Source: Minutocellus sp. GHC0000111 (lineage: Eukaryota). Taken from it: 64,000 nt of DNA. The DNA is taken from the NCBI GenBank assembly GCA_977018835.1, contig OZ361256.1, forward strand, positions 7,378,001-7,442,000, given 5' to 3'. A program made the position numbers and the translations under genes. Below the pieces are notes generated by a model that made no database searches, was not told the origin of the DNA, and worked only from the letters and a program-made list of their open reading frames with translations. How positions within the stretch are numbered: the first letter of the stretch is position 1; each line of letters starts with the position of its first letter. Below are positions 12,534 to 24,908 of the stretch, piece after piece.

Positions 12534-15500
12534 ATGGCTACCGCAGAAGAACCTCCCGCCGAGGGCCGGGTCCTGCGGCTGCACTTTGCCTGCCGGGCGG
12601 CTCTCCCTCACGGCTCGACCCTGCGCGTCACGTCCACCCGCCTTTGGGCCCCGGACTCATCCTCGGCGCACATTACCGAGGGCGAGGCGCCGCAGGGATC
12701 CGAGGACTCCACCGACTTTGACCATCACGGAGCCGACGCCGACAAGCACATGTACGCCTCGAGCGTCGAGATGGTAACGACGCCGGAGACGTATCCCGTG
12801 TGGCGGACCCGAACTCCGGTCGTCGTAGTGGCCAACGCGGCCGGTGGAGACGTTCAGAAGCATCGCTACCGCTACATGGTCGTGACGCCCGGCGTAAACA
12901 TCGAGGGGCTCGATGACGATGATCTTGGAGAGGAGGCCGAGGAGATGGTGACGGCCGAGGCGGCTCCGACCGATTCGCCCGATCATGCCGCCCGTTTGGG
13001 CGGTGGAGCGCACACCACCGATGAGAGTGGGGATGGACCACTCTCAGTGATGATGTGGGAGGATCCCTTTGTGGAGAACCGCGATCCGTCGGTGAGTTTT
13101 TACTATTATGATTTTTGCTCGCACGAAAGAGAGTTTCTTTGGGTGTCAAGGCAGTTGCACAGTGTTTCTGTGATAAAGCAAGTGTCAGTTCCATGGTGTG
13201 AATGCAATTGAACACACCAGGATTTTCATTTGACATTATCGGCTCACTCCTTGCAACTCTTTCCCTCATGACTCTTTCAACAAAAATAGCGCCCCGACCC
13301 ATCCGTCTCCGTCGTATCGCTCCCCTCGGTCCGTCGGAAGAACTTATCCCTCGGTGATCTGCCCTGACGTACCATCGACATCGATCTTACCTCCCTTCCT
13401 CCCTCCGGTGCCATCCAGTCCACTTCTGAGACTGTTCCTGATAGTATGGGCCGGGATGAGTTCAGCGAAGATGGCGTTCGCATCGATCACTGGAATGATG
13501 AGACCGACCTCACCTTCCGTCAGTATCTGGAGCACCAGGAGACTGCTGCCATAAACAAGATCGAGGCCGAGGCCAACAGTATGGAAGACGAGGCTTACCG
13601 CGAGGCTACTGGTAGTGACAACATGGTAATTGATGAGGAGGGTGAGGGAGGTCAGACCGCAACTTCTGGTGGATCTTCTACTCAACGAATGATTCTGGTC
13701 TGTTACCATCTTCCCGTCATCCTGACAAGGAATCCCGCCGATGGTTCCTGGTCGGCATGCTGGTCAGAGTCGCTCATTGCCAAGACGGAGGCGCACACCA
13801 TTACGGAAACATATGAAACTCATTGGGTTGGTACTGTTTCGACGGTCCCTCCCATCGCCACCGATGAGGATAGGGATGCTGTCCGTGCCGTCCTGGAACC
13901 CATGAACTGCACTCCCATCTTCCTCAACTCGGAGGTCGAGGAGGCCCACTACCTCGGCATGTGTAAGCAGGTACTCTGGCCATGCTTCCACAACGTCGAC
14001 CTTCTCGACCTATCCGCGAGTGGCTGGGGACAGCGCGAAAGCATGGAGGTCGTCATCAGCAAGGGTGCCGGTGATGAGGTGAACGTCGGCAATACCGATA
14101 GTGATTGGGACCAGTCCAAGCTCGATGGATGGTGGTCAGCCTACCGAGCCGTCAATAGCATCTTTGCCGACATTATGTCCATGATGCTCCGTCCCAACGA
14201 TATGATATGGATTCATGATTATCACTTGACGCTTTTGCCCAAGATGATTCATGATGCCGAGATTGAAGAGACAGGCAAGAGGACTGTCGAAATGATTTAC
14301 TTCCTTCACATCCCCTTCCCGACAAGTCAGGTGTTCCGCGAGCTCGAGCACGGCGAGGCCATCCTAGAGGGTATGCTCCACGCAGATATGGTTGGATTCC
14401 ATGCCTTTGACCACGCAAGACATTTTCTCAATGCCTCCAAGCGTATCTTAGGTTTGACATACGAGAGTCTTGTCGGTGGTCTCATTGGCGTTCGTTATCG
14501 CAGGAAGAAGGTTCTCGTCACCGTGAGCAACGTGTCTATCGAACCGGACATTATCGACGCGGCTCTGGAACTACCAAGCGTTACAGAGGGCACCAAGGCG
14601 TTGAAGGCGAAGCATGCCGGTCGTCAGATTATCACTGGTGTTGACATTGCCCAGAGACTATCGGGTGTGTTCCTCAAGCTTCTTGGTTACGAACCGACTC
14701 CTACATGACTACCCTGTGTGGCAAACCAAGGTTGTGATGATCCAGAGATGCCTCGTTCCTGGGACCCGTCACGCCGACGAGGCCGATACACTCAAGGAGG
14801 TTCGGGCCCTTGTCAACCGAATAAAGACGAAGTTCGGCGCCGATGTGATTGATTACGAAGAGGTCATCTGCTCGGCTCTTCCCATCGACCAGCGTCTTTC
14901 TCTTTGGTCTGCATCTGATGTATTGAGTGTCACTCCAGTCCGTGAAGGATTCAACACCGTTCCGCTGGAATATGTGTACTCAAGAAAGGAGCCGGCCGTT
15001 CCTGGTGTGGTCCTCACTTCCGAATTCTCCGCCATCAACAGTATTCTCAACGGTGCACTCCGTATCAATCCCTACGATATCCAAATGGCAGTCACGTTCA
15101 TGGACAAGGCTCTCACGATGAGCATTGAAGAGAAGGAGGCTCGCCGTTCTCGTGATATTGAATTCGTCTCCTCTTGTCCCTCTGGCATGTGGACTAGAAA
15201 TGTCCTGCGTGATCTGCGCGATGCTACATCCGGAACGAATGCAGATGGCACCAAGAATGTCTGTGAGGAGGCAGCAGCGAGGATGGAGAGTGTTGACGAG
15301 GCAGCGGCGATACTTTCCACGAACAGCCTTGAATTCCCTCCCCTCAACATTGATGCCGTCACAAGAGCTTACAAATCAGCATCGCAGCGTGTCTTGGTCA
15401 TTGATTTCAATGGAACTCTGGTCATGAAGGAGCCACCGGGCAAGTACCTGAAGCGCGAAATGTTGGGCACAACGGGCAACAAACCTCCCGGAATTGTTCT

Positions 15501-16080
15501 CAAGGCCCTCGCCGATTTGTGTCAGGATCCCAAGAATACTGTTCTTGTCGTGTCTGGAGACACGCAAAAGAATTTGGAAGATGCCCTGGGCAACTTTCCC
15601 GGCCTTGGCCTTGCCCATAGTAACGGCGCTTGCTATTCTGTACCGTTGCCGGGGGAAACCCAGCGCGAGTGGCTTTCTTATGATCTCGGTGTTGATGTGG
15701 AGGCGGTGAAGAAGACGGCATTGCCCATCCTATCAAAAATACACTGCGCGAACGAACGGTTCCTTCGTCAAGCTAACACATCCAGTATTGGCTGGACCTA
15801 CTATTCTTGCGACCCGGAATGGGGAGCACTCCAGGCTTCGTACTTGGTGCCCGAGTTGGAGCGCGAGCTCAGCGCATTCGATGTGCGATTTGTCACGCTC
15901 AAGGGCGTTGTCGAGGTTGTACCGAGGAAGCTGAACAAGGGTCTTGTTGTTAAGAAGATTCTGGAAGAAGTTGCTGGTACCACTGGTGGAAAGCCTGTAG
16001 ATTTTATTCTTTGTATGGGAGATGACGTTTCAGACGAGAAGATGTTCACTTCCGTCTTTTCGTTCATTGCAGAGTCCAAT
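12534..16080 (+). CDS. TPS: CBM20-like + trehalose-6-phosphate synthase/phosphatase (GT20-TPP) fusion; intron 13092-13289; several lesions; 3' end truncated
   Basis: HYLGMCKQVLWPCFH, WIHDYHL, FLHIPFPTSQVFR, GFHAFDHARHF, REGFN..PLEY, LTSEF, DFNGTL (HAD motif), GDDVSDEKMF. GTGAGT...TAG intron in phase 0. Confidence 0.92.
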
Positions 16081-16747
16081 GCACCACTTCAAATGTACCC
16101 ATTCCTTTGTTGGCTTCGACAAAGGTTGCACCGACGGGAACGTCAACCCTCCGCAACATGACCTTCAAGTCGACACCGATACAATCGACATCTGTACCAG
16201 TGTCTCCCATGTCCAGAATCATCATTTCCAATGGTTCTTCGTTGTCGCTGGAACGAACATTGAGCCGGCCGTTGACAACCTTGCTCTCGTTGAAGACGAT
16301 GTGAGCACCATCCGCAGACTGACCAAACGTCTCGGTAAAGTTATCGTAGAACGAAACGTTACCATCCGCGTCGACTCGCAACATTTTCGAAGAACCTCGA
16401 GGAGATGCCGGATATCTGGCGATGGATTCAAGTCGCAAGTCATACGAGAAATCGGCCAGACGGATGGCTGAGGAATCATTGTCTTCATCAGCAGCAGCGC
16501 TACTTGTAGAGCCCATCTTGCGCCAATGAGTGGCATTGTCCGGCACGTCTTTGGAAGTCGGCATGAGTATGGGTGGTTGGGCTGCCGCAAACATGGAGCG
16601 TACGACTACCCGATCCAGAGCATGATGTGATGGGGTTCTACTGCTCGACGATGCAGCAGCGAGATGCCACCGTCGAGCGACGCAAGCGGTCGCCGCTCTC
16701 CCTCGTACTGCTGCGTTCATCTGAGCAAAAAGTGACTGAGCATGCAT
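16064..16747 (-). CDS. queA: QueA-like S-adenosylmethionine:tRNA ribosyltransferase-isomerase, N-terminal part only, with organellar-type presequence (3' truncated)
   Basis: IRLADFSYDL..ESIARYPASPRGSSKML...IVFNESKVVNGRL matches the QueA N-terminal signature (DFDYxLP..IAQxP...SRLL...VFNDTKVxxARL). Arg/Ser/Ala-rich N-terminal leader. Confidence 0.8.
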   Translation of the reverse strand: MHAQSLFAQMNAAVRGRAATACVARRWHLAAASSSSRTPSHHALDRVVVRSMFAAAQPPILMPTSKDVPDNATHWRKMGSTSSAAADEDNDSSAIRLADFSYDLRLESIARYPASPRGSSKMLRVDADGNVSFYDNFTETFGQSADGAHIVFNESKVVNGRLNVRSSDNEEPLEMMILDMGDTGTDVDCIGVDLKVMLRRVDVPVGATFVEANKGMGTFEVVHWTLQ

Positions 16748-16962
16748 GAGCGGATGAGCGGATGTGGGTTGGTCCGTCCTTCGTCCTGCAGTCCGTCGCC
16801 AGCGGTACTACGGTTCGTAGCGGTACGTACGGTCAAAACCGCGAGCGAGCCGGCCTCTCCTCTCTGCTGCCGATGATTTATGATTCATTCTTCAACAAGA
16901 ACAGAATAAGATTGGCCCGTGTCGGCGGCATAAAAGCAATCACCATCCATTGGCTGGTAGCA

Positions 16963-17845
16963 ATGGATGTGAAGAAAAGCACATCGCTGACCGATCAGCG
17001 GAACGATCCCTTCGCCGAGCTCTCCGGCGATAAGCGTCGTCTCGAAGATGGCACCACCACACAAGGAACTGGTCCTTCCTCTCCTGAAGTACACGAGCGG
17101 CGAAGGTGCAATCCCACCAAGAGGTGGGCTCTTGTCGGTTGGCTCGTAGGTGCAGCCATGCTCATTACTCTCATTGTCATTCTCGTTTCGGCTTTTGTTG
17201 TCAAGCCGAAAGGAGATAGTGGCAACAAAAATAATAGCACCACTGCTAGTGCCGACCTACAGAATGACAGAAATGCAGTCGCCAATTTACCTTCGACAAT
17301 GGATATGGTCAATTTATCGACGGCTGCCCCTTCGTCAATCGCCCCTACATTGCCCCCAACGCCTATGCCAACACGCATGGTCAGAGAAGAGCCCACAATG
17401 CATCCAACTGAAACCCCAGACGTTTCGACGTCCGACACATCTGACTACACCATTGGCGTTTATTACTACCCTTGGCACGGCAGTAACTTTCATAATCGGC
17501 AGTATCTACGAGGAGACCTGCAGCCACCGCAGCTTCCTGCGTTGGGTGAATATGACGATACTGATCCAGCTGTTATTGCACGACATTTGCAATGGAGTCG
17601 AGGTGCGAACGTAAACCATAGCAAAGACCTACTTTGATGACCCCAATTACATGAGAATAGTCGGCCGTCCTGTATTGTTCGTCTACCTAACGAGAGTACT
17701 AAGCCGAGTTGGCAAATTGGGGGAGACCACAGCTCTTATGCGACAGGCAGCAATGGGAAACGGTGGACATGATCTCTACATTATGGGCGACCAAGTGTTC
17801 AATGAGGCACCTGACGATGGCAATACTTATGAACCTTTTGTTTGA
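16963..17845 (+). CDS. Type II membrane glycoside hydrolase, GH99/GH71-like (endo-alpha-mannosidase-like); internal deletion near 17617 and 3' truncation
   Basis: N-terminal TM helix, Pro/Thr stem, GVYYYPWH...PALGEYDDTDPAVIARHLQWS, then in another frame YFDDPNYMRIVGRPVLFVY. Confidence 0.75.
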
Positions 17846-19588
17846 CGAACCATCCTGTTTCGGCTTTGGCGGATCAGAATAAAGTTCCTCTTCGAACTCT
17901 CCTCTTGCAAGCTGACACATGTGCACTATATGATTGGTAGCCTCCTCGACACGCTCTTGGGAGGGTTTTGATATAGAAACTGGAATAAACATAAATTCTC
18001 CATCTTTTCTGAACCATCCCATTTGCTTTTTGGCGTAGCGCCGAGTTGCAGTGGTGAATTCATCCATGAAAGCATTCAATGCATCATTATCTTGGTCCTT
18101 GGCATCGCTTCGACGGAGGTAGTCGAGAGTCTGGCGATATCCGATTGCTCTCGCCGGCTGACCAGCATCTGGCAGCTCGCCAGCGACACTAAGGCTTGCC
18201 GTTTCATTCAATAGCCCTCTCAGTAGCATAACCTCGCACCGTCGATCAATAACTTCGGCATGCTTCATTCTATCGTCTGGGCACAGGAAGAAACATCGCA
18301 CGTCATATCCTCTTGTTCCCAGTGCACCAAAGCGCTCACCACTGTATACAGCCTCCAACTGCTCCTCTGTTGCCTTTTCGGCACCCACAGTGTAGGATAC
18401 TTCGAGGATGCGTCGCAGGCGATACCAATCCTTTCCGCAAAGCTTTTCCACGCGGGCTCTGAATGGCTTTCCCAGTGACGATGCATGTGCTACTGCCGCG
18501 TCCCAACCGGGTGACGGTGCATCTTCATCGTCTGCCTTGCTTTCGCTGTCACTGTTCCCAGCACTATCAAAATTTCCCCCGTCCATCTCCTGGAATTGTT
18601 TTATATCATTCGCAGCTCTCTCCAGTGCATCATCAGTTGGTCGCATTGCGTCAGGTCGGCCATGAACGAGCCACTGAAGATACATCATGGTCCCGCCCAC
18701 AACGACGGGTAGTATGGGAGCATTTGATGACATGTTTTGCTGTGAGCGTGCTTGAACAATACCCTTGCGTATGTCTTCCTTCCTCGTTCGCCTCGATTTC
18801 AATATTTCTTCTTCGACAAGGCTATCGTCGTCGCCATCCTGCCCATCACCCGGCGCCACAATCGCCTCTCCATACAATTCGTCAATGGCAAAGATTGCAT
18901 CTCGCATCCAATCGGCAGCATTATACGCCAAATCATCGGCACCGACCACATCAATAAGATGGTGAGGACATTGTTCTCGCTCGTCTTGCGTTGGTTTGTT
19001 GGCTCCGACCTGCACGCCTCGGTATGCCTGCACGCTGTCAGCAGACACAATGTTTCCAACGGCGGTCTCTTCTTCTGTGGAGTCCGATTGTGATGAAATT
19101 CCACAAGATTTCATCAGCCGAGAAGCTATTTGTGACTTGCAGAGCGACATGGCCACCGAGCTTTTGCCAACTCCGGTTGGTCCTGCAATCACGACGACGA
19201 GAGGCTTGCGATCGCTTCTAATATTAGTGCTGGCGGCGACGGCAGGATCAGTCCCCTTGGTCCCTTCAGCTCCGTCATCTGTGGGGAATGGACGCTTCAT
19301 GCTTGCTCGTGCGATGCTCAAATATCGTGATGAGATTTGTCTTGGCCGGCTTGACGTTGATGCTGATGTCCTTATGGAAGACAGAACGAACGATGCGACT
19401 GGTCGCATACCACCTAAAACTTGCGTCCCCAGAATGAACGCAGCAATCAAAGCGTGAATCTTGTGGTGAAATACAGCAGGAACTTGCCGGCAGCTGCTGG
19501 CATATCGCCTTGCCATCTTCCTCCTCAGGAATGAGCAGAACGAACTCACTCGCTTTGGCAACAACAGAATTTGCAAATTTGCGGCCAT
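17840..19588 (-). CDS. miaA: tRNA dimethylallyltransferase (MiaA/IPT), organellar-type N-terminal extension
   Basis: VVIAGPTGVGKS, IVSADSVQAYRG..VGANKP, PHHLID, VVGGTMMYL, AIGYRQ, TRRYAKKQMGWFR. Residues beyond ~17840 are antisense to the GH99-like gene. Confidence 0.93.
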
Positions 19589-19668
19589 GGTGAAAGCTCT
19601 GTCCGTCGTACGGTGAAGCGGCCGAGAGCCGAATGCGAAGTAACAGACACGTCTCGTGCTGGGTCAAG

Positions 19669-21875
19669 ATGTCGGATACGGGCGATACCGCTGCCACCGC
19701 CAACGGCGGGGATGAGCGCAAAGCCAGTCATGACAGCGACAGTGGTAGCCGCAAGGACCGCCGTCGTGATCCGGATGACGCCGACCGGGACGAACGGCGG
19801 CGGAAGAGCAAGAAATACTCCGACCGCGACCGCCGGCGCTCCAGGTCGAGGTCCAGGTCTCGTTCGCCCACCAGGAGGAGCCGGGACGATCGGGATCGTC
19901 GTGATCGCAAGAAGAGCAGGAGGGGGGACGACGGCGACGAGAAGAAGGACGACAAGAGTGAGGGCAGCGGGACCGACAGCGAGGAAGAGCGTCGGCGTCG
20001 GAGGAGGCGGAAGAGGAAGGATCGGGAGAGAGAGCGAGACCGACGCAGTAGCAGCCGCCGCAAGCGAGGTCGGAGCCGGCGGAGCAGCAAGAAGAAGCGG
20101 CGGCGCAGGAAGCGTTCGCGCTCCTCGTCTTCTTCTAGCAGTAGCAGCAGCTCTTCATCCAGTAGCAGTAGCAGCAGTAGCAGCTCTTCCGACGACCAGC
20201 AAAAGTCACAAAAGACTCGCAAGGTCGCAAACGAACGGCTTCTGGCCAAGCTGGCGGCCAGAGGCGAAACGCTCGAGGAACGTGAAGAGCGGAGAGCGGT
20301 CCGTCGCGCGGCAAGGATTCAGGAGCGCTTTGGCTATACAGCCGAGGATAATCCCTTCAATGACCCGAACATTGCCGAGACTTTTACGTGGAAAAAGAAG
20401 GAGGAGAAGCAGGCTGCCTCCTCGGCCCCTGCACCCGCTGCGGCCGCGGCAGCTGCTCCGGCGGGCGATTCGCGCAAGAGCAAGCAGGATCACATTTTCT
20501 CCGAGATCGACAAAGTCCGGCAGCGTCGGAAGGATCGAGAGGCGCACTTCGAGGAGATGGAGCGCATCCGCGCCGAGGAGAGCCGAATGAAGGAGCTGGA
20601 ACACTACGACGAGTGGGCCCGGAAGGAGGAGGAGTTCCACCTCCAGCAGCAGAGGCAGCGATCGGCCATCCGCCTCGTGGAGGGGAGGGAGAAGCCGGTC
20701 GACGTGTTGGCCAAGAATTTGCTCCTCTTTGGTCTGTCGGACGAAGAGAAGAAGAATCGTGCCGCCGTCAAGTATCAGGAGAAGTACAATGCGCTCGACG
20801 AGCTGGAGACTCTTGAGGCAGAGCTGGAGGAGCCTCACGTTTTCCTTCGGGATTTGAAGATCGATGAGCTGCAGGAATTGTTGGCCGATATTGATGCCTT
20901 TCGCACTTTGGAACGGGAAGCTGCCGTCGCTGCGTCGAGAGATGGAGGTGGAAGTGCTGATGAAGAAAACCCTGTTTTGAGATATTGGGATGCCCTGCAC
21001 TTGGTGACGCTTGATGAAATCAAGTTCGTCAATACCGGAGGAAAGGATGGCAAACATGCGTCAGTGGTGGCTGATATCCAAAAGATGTTTGAAGGGCAGA
21101 CTCGCTCGGCCCTGGAAAAGATGAAGGGTTAGATCGAGGCCAAGGTTCGAGGTAGCGGACCAAGATTCGATAGTGGTGGAGTTGTCGACACGGACTACTG
21201 GAGCACCGTTCTGGATCAGCTCATTGTGCATCTGGCCAAGATGGAACTGTCGGAGATTCATTCCAAGATGCTCGTTCGTCAGCTCGAAAAGCTTGAAAAG
21301 AGAAAGGACGAACTTGCCAAAGCGTCTGTCGAAGGTGGAGAACCCGCATCTGCCGAGGATGCCGCTCGAGAGAAGGCTGAAGATGAGGCAGCTGCCGCCA
21401 ATGCAGCATCGGTTCCCAAGGGTGTCGAGCCAGACTTTGGCAACTTGGAGGAAGAGCTTGGCCTTACCAACGAGGTGGACCTGTCTGCTGCTGGGTATGC
21501 TTGGCAAGACAAGTACCGACCCAGAAAGCCCGTTACTTCAACCGTGTCAAGACCGGTTACGACGGGAACAAGTACAACCAGACGCACTACGATCACGATA
21601 ATCCTCCCCCGAAGACAGTGCAGGGTTACAAGTTCAATGTCTTCTATCCTGATCTTATCGATAGAACGAAAACGCCTCAGTTTGTATTGGAACCAGCCGA
21701 TACCGACGAGTTTTGCATCATCCGGTTCAAGGCTGGACCTCCGTACGAAGATATTGCGTTCAAAATTATCAACCGAGAGTGGAATAGGTCTCGCAAACAT
21801 GGCTTTCGGTGTACATTCGAACGCGGCGTACTTTCACTCTATTTCAACTTCAAGAGTCACTGGTATCGGCGTTAG
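19669..21875 (+). CDS. CACTIN: Cactin (spliceosome-associated); in-frame TAG at 21130-21132 and -1 frameshift near 21530
   Basis: RS-rich N-terminus, FGYTAEDNPFNDPN..FTWKKK, EEEFHLQQ..IRLVEGREKPVD, KYRPRKP(R)YFNRVKTGY..NKYNQTHYD, FKAGPPYEDIAF, FNFK..YRR. Confidence 0.93.
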
Positions 21876-21947
21876 ATAGGAAAGGTTAAACAGTAAGAAA
21901 AGGAGTAAAAAGCAGCTTGAAAGAAAACTAATGACTACATTTGCGAT

Positions 21948-23398
21948 CTACAGCTCTTTGCATATCACATATGGATCGCTTGCGAGGCGCCCTCTGTCGC
22001 TAATCCAACCAAACTCATGATGCGCCAGACCGTTCGGTACAAGCTTTTGCCTGTCTTCTGGAGACAGAATGATTTTATACCTAAAGACCCCAACACATTC
22101 ATCGTCGTCTTCTTCGTCGTCATCGTAATCTTCTGGTGGAGGCTCGGGAAGCCATTTCTTCTCTACGTAAGGACGTCGTTCGTGCTGTGCTAATCGCCCA
22201 AGACTGATCTCTGCCTCGTCGAGGTCATACAAATTTCGGATGGTTGCCCCCCTTTCCGATATGATTTGAATAGATCCACGTCCATTACTAGTAGAGGTAA
22301 GAGGATTTGTGCCAGTATTACTAGGAGCAGCAATATTGGCAGCTTGCTTTGCTGGGCGATTGTTGACCGAATCACTTCTGGTCGGACCACCCTTGGCGAC
22401 ATCGACCAGTTGCCCTGCTGCAACTTGTCCTGCAGTTTCCACTGGGTCAGATTTTGGGAATTCCAAGGCCATAAGAGGCACACGCAGCCCATCCCCAAGT
22501 CGATAGTAGCTCTTTGTGGCAGATTTGTCCCTCTTTTTTCCCCGCAAAGCTGCATCGATGGACGGGAAAGTCACCACGTCCTCGTTGATGCCCAAGGACT
22601 TTCGAAACTCAATGCCTGCCGTGGCGCTATTGCCCCTACTGTCAGATTTTCCAGAAAATTTCCTGGATCCGAGACAATGGCTGGAATCGCCATTTTCCCC
22701 ATAATTGGATGACGCACCGCATGATTCTTCACAGCATATGGCCCCCATTTGCTGGTACCATCGTTGGCACTCTCTGACGATGATGCTTCTTTCTGATGGT
22801 CCGCCTCTTGGTCGTCGAGGCCAAAGATTCTTCTGATCTGAGCACCGACGCTGCGAGTGCGTGCTGTAACGACACTCTTACGGCCAGAGGACGCAACAGG
22901 ACCGCTGCTGGGTCTACCAGTTGCATTGCTCTTGCGTCTCTTGGGCGTCTTGCTGTCAAGGTTGACCGGCGCCTTGGCATTGGGCGCATGATATGGCTGC
23001 TGATCCAAGGGGACTGGCGGTGGACGGCTCACGGCGCCATCCCCTCTCACCGGTAGGTCAGATGCCGCCAAATCCCGACGAGGCACCGGAGATACATCCT
23101 CGGCCAGTGGAACGCCCCCAGCATTGGTGGCATGTCCATGAACCGGTAGCGTCTGCTGGGTCAGGCGAGCGCCGGACAGAGAAGACGGCTGAGTACGAGT
23201 GGAGGCATCGGCAGTTTGGCGGGCACCAGATGCCGGGGCGGAGAGAGACGATGGAGTTGGTGACCCAGTGTGCCGCCTTCGTTTTTTAGTTTGCTGACCC
23301 TTCCGCCTCCGCCGCCACCGCTTGCGGCATTGCTCGTCCGCCTCATTGCTGAGCGATGAATGATGGAAATGATTATGAGGCAGGTGAAATGCACTCAT
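21948..23398 (-). CDS. Hypothetical protein (two overlapping ORFs, likely frameshifted); C-terminus resembles an SH3b-like beta domain
   Basis: ORFs 22571..23488 and 21948..22748 overlap on the same strand; C-terminal ATIR...LGRL...RYKI...GWISDRGRL. Confidence 0.45.
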
Positions 23399-23624
23399 TT
23401 CGAGATGACGTGTACCTAGGTACCATGGTACGATGGATGACCCCACGCGCCCACGGTACACGCACACACTGCAACACCACCACACCACACCAGCTTACAC
23501 AACCATCACTGCGTCCTCCTGAGCATGTATGTGGTCGAGTTAGGTTCAACGTGCTTTTAGAGTGGAGACTATCGCAACTTGTAACTTCATATCTTGACAT
23601 CTACGTGGTCAGCACGAAGCGAAG

Positions 23625-24677
23625 ATGAGCAGCGCCGACGAACACATCGTCCTGCAGCTCATCGGCGAGGGCATTGCCATGGGAACGTTGCATGTTCTCA
23701 CTGGGCCGGACCATCTGTCCGCCCTGGCCACTCTGAGCGCCAACAGGCGCTGTGCTGCGTTCTCCCTTGGAGTGCAGTGGGGACTCGGTCACTCGACGGG
23801 CCTCATAATCGTCGGTTCTGCCCTAATTGCTGCCAGTGATAGTGGTGCCGAGGAGGTGGTGGTGCCAGAGCTGCTGTCCAAGATATTAGAGAGCGTCGTC
23901 GGCGTGTTCATGCTGCTTTTGGGCATTTACGGCGTCATCAAGGCAATACGGAAGAGACAGATGATTGATGGAGATGATCCCTCAACGCTTCCGTTGACTA
24001 AGGATGATCTCGAAAATGAAAACGACGATAACGACGATGATGCATCTATTGCTCTGGTACCAATCAGAAAGGTGGGAGGAGAAAGTGTTGGAAAAGAAGA
24101 CAAGAATAGTAGCAATAGCGACGACTGTGGAGGGGAACAAGATGACGAGAATGACGCTTCATTCCCCGCATCTGTTGAAAAATCCAATTTGCATGTTTCC
24201 AAAGGAGAGCCATCGATGTCGTTAGCGGACGTTAACAACTCCAAGGCAGCTGCAGCTTCGCTGGCCCCGCCCATTGACAAATCATTTGGTTCCTCCATAT
24301 CAGAGCGATTGTCGCCAATCCTGTCTTGGTTTCAGAATATTCGTTTGTTCTCCAAAACATATTCGCCTCGATTGTTGGCTCTTGGAGTCGGAATCATTCA
24401 CGGTGTTGCCGGTCCTGGCGGTATATTAGGCGTCGTTCCAGCCATTCATCTACAGGATTGGAAACTAGCAACGGTATATCTGGGTACGTTCTGCATCACC
24501 TCGACTCTCGCAATGGGCAGCTTTGCAGCTTTGTATGGGAGCTTCTCTGCAAAGATTTCGGACCAAACGCATCTCGAATTTCAATTAGAATGCTTCAGCG
24601 CGGCTCTCAGTATCATAGTGGGCGTGATATGGCTGACCTTGCTTTTTCTTGGTAAGCTGGAGGAGTACTTTCCATAA
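23625..24677 (+). CDS. Nickel/cobalt transporter-like membrane protein (NicO/UreH/DsbD_2-like)
   Basis: GTLHVLTGPDHLSAL (Hx4-5DH), WGLGHS, GIIHGVAGPGG; multiple TM helices. Confidence 0.85.
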   Translation: MSSADEHIVLQLIGEGIAMGTLHVLTGPDHLSALATLSANRRCAAFSLGVQWGLGHSTGLIIVGSALIAASDSGAEEVVVPELLSKILESVVGVFMLLLGIYGVIKAIRKRQMIDGDDPSTLPLTKDDLENENDDNDDDASIALVPIRKVGGESVGKEDKNSSNSDDCGGEQDDENDASFPASVEKSNLHVSKGEPSMSLADVNNSKAAAASLAPPIDKSFGSSISERLSPILSWFQNIRLFSKTYSPRLLALGVGIIHGVAGPGGILGVVPAIHLQDWKLATVYLGTFCITSTLAMGSFAALYGSFSAKISDQTHLEFQLECFSAALSIIVGVIWLTLLFLGKLEEYFP

Positions 24678-24908
24678 TATAAGTGAACACGTTGGATGTT
24701 ACACAGTCACTCTGGCAAGGTTGGTGGGTGCAAGTGGTCTGGCTAGATTAGAGGTAGGTAAGAGAATTGGAATTTTTACGTAATGAATTAATGCTATATA
24801 TTGCTCGTGCTTGTAGCCAATGTTCCCAAGCATTTTCATCAGCTAGTCCATACCTAGGTATACTATTAATATCGCCAATTCTTGAAGCATCGCCGTTGTT
24901 CTTGAATA

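Noticed and set aside
17699..17840. C-terminal extension of MiaA (RFISIAIVRCL...)
   Set aside because: It is the antisense reading of the GH99-like coding sequence beyond the fusion junction.
19700..20200. (AGC/AGT)n and RS-coding repeats here and at 29900-30330
   Set aside because: Ordinary low-complexity coding sequence of the splicing factors cactin and SRRM1-like.
7264..21132. In-frame TGA/TAG codons (7264, 13365, 21130) as stop-codon reassignment, readthrough or selenocysteine
   Set aside because: The expected residues differ (about Tyr in TPS, Glu in cactin), TGA and TAG terminate other genes normally, none is at a redox Cys position, and abundant indels point to sequence error.
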